Notes under the pieces: model-generated
Told to the model about the DNA's origin: nothing
What the model saw: only the letters and a program-made list of their open reading frames with translations
Databases searched by the model: none
Translations under genes and position numbers: made by a program
Shown here: positions 60,301 through 64,000 of the stretch, one piece after another
How positions within the stretch are numbered: position 1 is the stretch's first letter
Layout of the letters: each line of letters starts with the position of its first letter
From: Klebsormidium nitens
Taxonomy: Eukaryota > Plantae > Klebsormidiophyceae
Direction: 5' to 3'
Assembly (NCBI GenBank): GCA_000708835.1
Contig: DF237293.1
Coordinates: forward strand, 1 to 64,000
DNA: 64,000 nt

Positions 60301-63300
60301 GGCAAGTCGCGCAAGTGGATCTCTGGACAAATAGCGAGCTCCATGTTCCCAAGTTCAAAAGCTTTTGCCTCCCACGGTGTTCCAACAACGAAGAGCCACT
60401 CTGAACACGTCAACAAAAGTCCAAGCGTTTTGCGCTACTCAGGTCGTCGCCTCTGCCTGACCGTCAGCAAGATGCACGACGAAAACAGCAGATTGACGGA
60501 CATCCTCGCTCTTTTGCAGGGCTTTAAGTCCCTGAACAAGCCGGCACGCACTTTGATCCAGGCGATTGCTGCGATCGATGGGAGCTACTACCCAGAGGTA
60601 CGTTTCGTAGCGAGTCTAGGGGTGCTTTTGCATGTTCTTCGACACTGCCCCTCCATCGTTTACCGGGCTGAACTCAGGTCAATATACAATCAGACGAATA
60701 TGTTCCGAGCTCCCGAGCAGCCCTCACGCTTGTGTGAGCACCCGACTCCTCGGGTGGACTCTGAACGGAACTCTGAATCGTCAGCAATCAACTTTACACA
60801 CCTCGAGTGGGCTGTTCTGAGCACTTCTTGATGAACGTGCATGAAGTCGAGTTGACGGACTGGTCGTCTTTTGAAACTGGAGTATCACGATGAGTCACCT
60901 TGGAGCGCTCAGAAATAAGGAGCAATGCAAGAATTTGGTGGAAGGAACGGCAGGCGGACCGCAGAAGATTGGGATGGCTGGGGGACAGGACAAAACCGCG
61001 TTGCTATCGGCAATTCTTTGACGTCAAAAGATGGACGCTTCTGATTCGTTGTTTCCAAGCGGTTTTGCAAAGTTTGACCCCAAACCCGGTCCGGTAACCT
61101 GTCCTCACGCTGTTGAACTCCTTGAGGCTAAATGTTGCAGACTGGGCTTGTTATGTTAGGATCGGACGGCTGCGACGCGATTTCGGCCATCTTGAGCTTC
61201 TGCGGTCCGCCTGGCGGTGTGAGTCTGAAGCCCGTTTACTTGCCTCCTTCTGCAGACCATGAAGCGAATGCTGATCATCAACGCCGGCCCGGCCCTGCGG
61301 AGCATCTGGTCCATTGTCAAGGGCTGGATCGACCCTGTCACCGTCAAGAAGATTACGGTGAGCGCCAGAAGGATCAATGTTTTGTCAGTCTTTCATTTGA
61401 CGCTGCCTGATAGCAAGTTCGAGTTGGTAAGAGCGGAGAGACGAGGCAGACGTCGGGATTTTAATGCATCAATTTTTGCTCGCTTTGTGAAGCGGTCCTG
61501 TGGGAACGAAGTCTGGTTGCAGAAGGAAGCCAGTGAGATTTTAGTGACTGCATCTGGATGAGAGATTTTGCAGTTGCCTGTCTGGCCGCTCGTTCTATCA
61601 CGGAGTTATCTGGGTCCAGCTTCCGGACTCTGCCCACTTCAGCAACATTGGATATATCTTGCGCCAGGTGCTGTGGCCGAAGTAAGTGCAAACCCACCAC
61701 GAAAGTCTGCATACCAACTTTTCGGCTGGGGCAAGAAAGCGGTCATTGGGCGCCCTCTTTAGTACGATAATTTAACACTTCTCTCTCGCGGCAGGTCCTG
61801 GGCACCAAGTACCACAAAGAGCTGTTCGAGTACATTGACCCGAGCCAGCTGCCCGACTTTCTGGGTGGCACGTGTCACTGCGAGGGCCGCGGAGGGTGCC
61901 TCTCCTCCGACAAAGGCCCGTGGACCGACCCCACCATTCTGCAACAGCTGGCGCTCCGGCAGGCGGCGCATGGGCGGCTGAGCAATGGTTATGGGCACCG
62001 TCTGTTGGGAAGTCAAGGGAGCGAAGGGTTCGGCCACTCCACTGACGAGGAAGGTGAGGGCGTTTGCTTTGGGTCGGCGGGATGTGGGGTTCTGAGGCGC
62101 AACTTACCTCTTGCCCTACTCGAGCGAATTCGAACACACCCCAGCTTCGTCAAGAGGCTCAAGAGGCAGCAATCACTGACGATCAGACTGAATTTGTTTC
62201 CTACACTAGCAGCTTCTAACTATGAACAGCCGTAGCTCAGTGGTTAGAGTGTTAGGTACGATTCTCCCTGGCCTGCACCCCAAACAGAGTGACCACGTGA
62301 CATTCCGCTTCATTGAATTGAGAGATCTGCTACACATCTGCGGTGTTGTTGGTTGTCACCATGGATTCTGCGTTTGCGAACAGCAAATAAGCAATGCGTA
62401 ATTTGAAAGGACTGGTCCGCTGCCGACAGCTGTGGGCCAATCTGTTGCGAATACTCTTTTGCTTTGGCCTCACCTTTGCCACAGACCGTCCTTCAAGCAA
62501 TCGAAACCCCAGGTATGGAACACGTCATATTTCAAAATTATCAGGTCTGCTTCATGTAGGACCCAAAGTGTATACCCCCGCCCAGAAGAAACATTCTCCC
62601 ATGAGATTCAACATCTCACAGGCATGTCAGATTCACAAAGAAGCTGATCCGGCGCCTTCGTTGTTTCTTGCAGAGACGGAGGACGAGCGGTCGCCGCAGT
62701 TTTCGAAAGATCCGTCCTTCTTCCGGCAGCTGTCAGGCATGAGCCGGAATGACTCCAACATTCCGGAGAGTGGCGATGAGGCGCAGAGCGAGCTGCCGGC
62801 GGGGCGCCAGCTGGCGACCATCAAGAGCGCCAACGCGAACTCGGGCGAGAGCACTCCGGGTGAGCGGCGTTTCCAAACTCTTTTTTGCTGATCAGAGTTT
62901 TGTTCACTGGTCTTTTTAACGGTATTGGAAGAACGATCGTAGGGAGGCCGCCCCGGCTTTTGACCAAGGAACCTTTGCAAAGGTTTGGGATGCAAATTTA
63001 CGCTTGCAAAGGTCCGAGAAAAGAGCACACACCAGGGCCTCAAGTCAGTGACCAGTTCTGCTTGAACTTACGCTGTGGACGTCAGACGATTGGCAGCCAG
63101 TCTCGCATCTCTATGCGCAGCCATCCCAGGGCAGTTGCAAGTGCTAAGTCAATGCAGATGGCACTCACTGCTCAAGCGAGCAACAATACACGTGCCTACC
63201 TCTCACCGCGCTCCCGTCGGTATTGGTGCAGGCGCCAGCCCCTCTGGGTCCCTGATTGAGGCGGTCGCCGCCCAAGAGTATCAAAAAATGGTCCGTCCGT

Positions 63301-63821
63301 CAAACCTCAAACCCGTGAGCCCAAAGCCAGCCCCCCTGGAACTGCCCGACGACCGCCCAGAGCCCACCGGCGGCATCGGACACACAATCGTTGACGACCG
63401 GGGCGAGAACCTTAGAGATTCCGAGATCCCGGGCCCGTCGGACAGCGGCACCGTGAAGCTCAAGGCTTCCCCGTGGACCGTGCGGAGGTCGCTGTCGGCG
63501 GGACGGGGGGCAACGAAGGCGCGTCGATTGTCGGAGCAGTGGACGGCAGACGCGCCGAAAGAGAAGCTGGTCACCAAGGAGGAGGAGCCCATGGCGGGTG
63601 GGGAGACGAAGCCGGGTTATGCTAACCCCGTGTGGAGGGTCTTCCTAACCCAACTCCTCCCCGCCCTGGCGTCTCTCTGGTCGTTCTGCTTGCGACACGT
63701 GGCCGGGGTGGGAGAAGGCAGTAAAAAGCAGATGCAGGAAAGGGGGGGTGGTGTTAGGGCGACGGAGAATGGAGAGGTGGACGAGAGGAGAGCGCGGGCT
63801 GCTGAAAGCAGGCGTGCAGAG
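57384..63821 (+). CDS. SFH: Sec14/CRAL-TRIO phosphatidylinositol transfer protein (plant SFH type), at least 10 exons, 3' end beyond the window
   Basis: Exons 57384-57689, 58564-58640, 59020-59119, 59600-59719, 60102-60248, 60520-60597, 61256-61357, 61795-62053, 62674-62859 and 63232-63821 splice in frame. Motifs [48 protein letters not shown] and [12 protein letters not shown]...[11 protein letters not shown] donor GTAAGG follows 63821. Confidence 0.92.
62228..62272 (+). other. tRNA 5'-half-like fragment (A-box) in a Sec14 intron
   Basis: AGCCGTAGCTCAGTGGTTAGAGTG matches a tRNA D-arm/A-box. No anticodon arm or intact T-arm follows (only ACGATTCTCCC). Confidence 0.35.
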
Positions 63822-64000
63822 GTAAGGGTTGACACCGTTCACGACGATTCAGCGATGTTAGTGTTGGGGGCACGATGGGGTGGCGGTTTGCCGACAAGTT
63901 CTGACGATGTCAGAACATTCAAACAGAACTTTGATGGAGGAAGACAAACGGGAGCAAGAGCAAACAGCCAGGTCAACATTTGTGCTGGTGCAAATCTACT

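Overview
Intron-rich eukaryotic nuclear DNA, most likely from a streptophyte (charophyte) green alga such as Klebsormidium. That is an inference from gene content and splicing style, not a database match. Gene models were built by hand from GT/GC-AG sites and frame continuity. In order they are: a signal-peptide thioredoxin-like gene (+); a long CCDC87-like gene (-); a plant-type multi-TM membrane protein (+); the fused biotin-synthesis gene BIO3-BIO1 (-, 8 exons, 1014 aa); an intronless multi-TM gene whose motifs recall a fungal family (+); a decayed plastid-type trnD; an M48 metallopeptidase (PGM48-like, -); a highly divergent channelrhodopsin-like gene with a ~900 aa disordered tail (+); a head-to-head pair of intronless DUF3626-like genes (one intact, one disrupted by a stop, a MITE and a 4-bp insertion); intronless DDX41/RH35 (-); a TTAA-flanked MITE; and a Sec14/SFH gene (+) that runs off the window. 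Three things stand out. (1) Eight degenerate tandem copies of the 3' splice site plus the first ~55-70 nt of the next exon fill BIO3-BIO1 intron 5; all keep the AG and all run into a stop codon, and a smaller version of the same architecture occurs in the CCDC87-like gene. (2) The rhodopsin keeps the retinal Lys and both counterions but has lost the DC pair and most gate residues. (3) The DUF3626-like proteins start with MGC (lipidation-type) and carry a candidate H-Y-E triad.
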